A stretch of 64,000 bases of DNA from Octopus sinensis (Eukaryota). The position numbers were made by a program, and so were the translations under genes. Under the pieces are notes generated by a model that worked only from the letters and a program-made list of their open reading frames with translations, was not told where the DNA came from and ran no database searches. The stretch is taken from assembly GCF_006345805.1 (NCBI RefSeq), contig NC_043002.1:106888001-106952000 (forward strand), given 5' to 3'. Positions 62,592-64,000 of this stretch are shown piece after piece; within the stretch, counting starts at the first letter, position 1; the number at the start of each line of letters is the position of its first letter.

Positions 62592-62987
62592 TCTTTATAT
62601 ATAAAAGTCAAGTTGTGTGTCTGTCTCCTACGATTTAGATTCCTAACTACTCCCACATTTTGCGGTGCAGTTTAACCAAAACCGGGTATCTTATAGTCGT
62701 GATTCATATCGAGCCCTTCTGGGTATTAGCGCGCGTCTACGATGAGTCTACAATTTAAAAAAAAATTTACCATCATTTTTTTCCATTTTAATGCATTTTT
62801 TCGCTATTATATAAGGGAAGTAACTCTCTAAAAATGTCTACGATGAGTCAACGATTTAAAAAAAAATTTACCATAATTTTTTTCCCATTTTTAATGCATT
62901 TTTTTGCTATTTTTTGGCTATAACTCTAAAAATGCTTATATAGTTATTCCCCTTACAAACTCGAGCAACGCCGGGCGATACTGCTAG
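62592..62987 (+). mobile_element. Non-autonomous Helitron with internal duplication
   Basis: a|TCTTTATATATAAAAG...GCAACGCCGGGCGATACTGCTAG|t; internal gtctacgatgagtc...atgcattttt block is duplicated. Confidence 0.88.
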
Positions 62988-63365
62988 TTAAATCTATAAT
63001 TTCTTAGTTCAATAAAACCCTTCAATGGTATTAGAAATTCAGGCTTGCCTACTCGTTCCGTTATTGGTTCAAGTTATAATTTTCCCTCCTTTATCAAAGC
63101 AATTATGTCAATACTCAACCACAAACACCAGCTGAGTAAGAGCGGCAATGGATGCTATAAACAGCAAATCGAGTTAATCTGGCAGGCAGAACAGCAGAAG
63201 ATTAACGAGAAGAAAGCATTGTTATTTTAATCCACATCAATGTAACAAACAAGGTTCAAACCGAAGTTTTGTTTGTTTTTTAACAGCTTTATTTAAAGGG
63301 TCATGTCCTTTACACAGCCATCCTTTAATTTTTTTAATGGCATTCTATTAGATGTGGATATATAT

Positions 63366-63758
63366 ATACTCTTTACTCTTTTACTTGTTTCAGTCATTTG
63401 ACTGCGGCCATGCTGGAGCACCGCCTTTAGTCGAGCAAATCGACCCTGGGATTTATTCTTTGTAAGCCCAGTACTTATTCTATCGGTCTCTTTTTGCCGA
63501 ACCGCGAAGTAACGGGGACGTAAACACACCAGCATCGGTTGTCAAGCAATGCTAAGGGGACAAACACAGACACACAAACATATATATATATACACGGCAG
63601 GCTTCTTTCAGTTTCCGCCTACCAAATCCACTCACAAGGCATTGGTCGGCCCAGGGCTATAGCAGAAGACACTTGCCCAAGATGCCACGCAGTGGGACTG
63701 AACCCGGAACCATGTGGTTGGTAAGCAAGCTACTTACCACTCAGCCACTCCTACACCT
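63366..63758 (-). mobile_element. SINE family A, full length
   Basis: Reverse complement of the family A pattern. Confidence 0.9.
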
Positions 63759-64000
63759 AATATATATATATTCCTTTATTCTTTTATTTGTTTCAGTCGT
63801 TTGACTGCAGCCATGCTGGAGCACCACCTTTAATCGAACAAGTCAACCCCAGGACTTATTCTTTCTAAGCCTAGTACTTATTCATCAGTCACTTTTGCCG
63901 AACCGCTAAGTTACAGGGATGTAAACACACCCACATTGATTGTCAAGCAATGGTGGGGGGACAAACACAGACACACATACATACATATATGACAGGCTTC

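Noticed and set aside
60566-64000. Upstream GGNBP2 exons encoding the N-terminus
   Set aside because: No segment with matching peptide and splice sites found; presumed outside the window

Overview
AT-rich, repeat-dense animal genomic DNA. The SINE, MITE and microsatellite landscape looks like an octopus or coleoid cephalopod; this is inferred, not verified. Genes: (1) nine minus-strand coding exons (60565 to 35619) of GGNBP2/ZNF403, whose 5' exons lie beyond the window. (2) An intronless minus-strand 196-aa two-TM protein with PY motifs (23425-24015; PIRT/TMEM100/TMEM171-like architecture). (3) A probable terminal plus-strand exon of a C19orf47-like gene (7730-7866). The rest is mostly mobile DNA: at least five SINE-like families, non-autonomous Helitrons, TTAA (piggyBac-type) MITEs, mariner and hAT relics, and CR1, RTE, HERO and R4-like LINE 3' ends, plus a Penelope GIY-YIG fragment. 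The most notable hidden signal is a set of minimal type-I hammerhead-ribozyme motifs, read and folded by eye. Three loci have full cores (15234-15278; 20558-20648 and 20693-20783; 43795-43918), and there are several decayed or variant ones. Most sit in long inverted repeats next to (TA)n tracts, consistent with Penelope-like element termini. Almost all ORFs in the supplied track are repeat or microsatellite artefacts.
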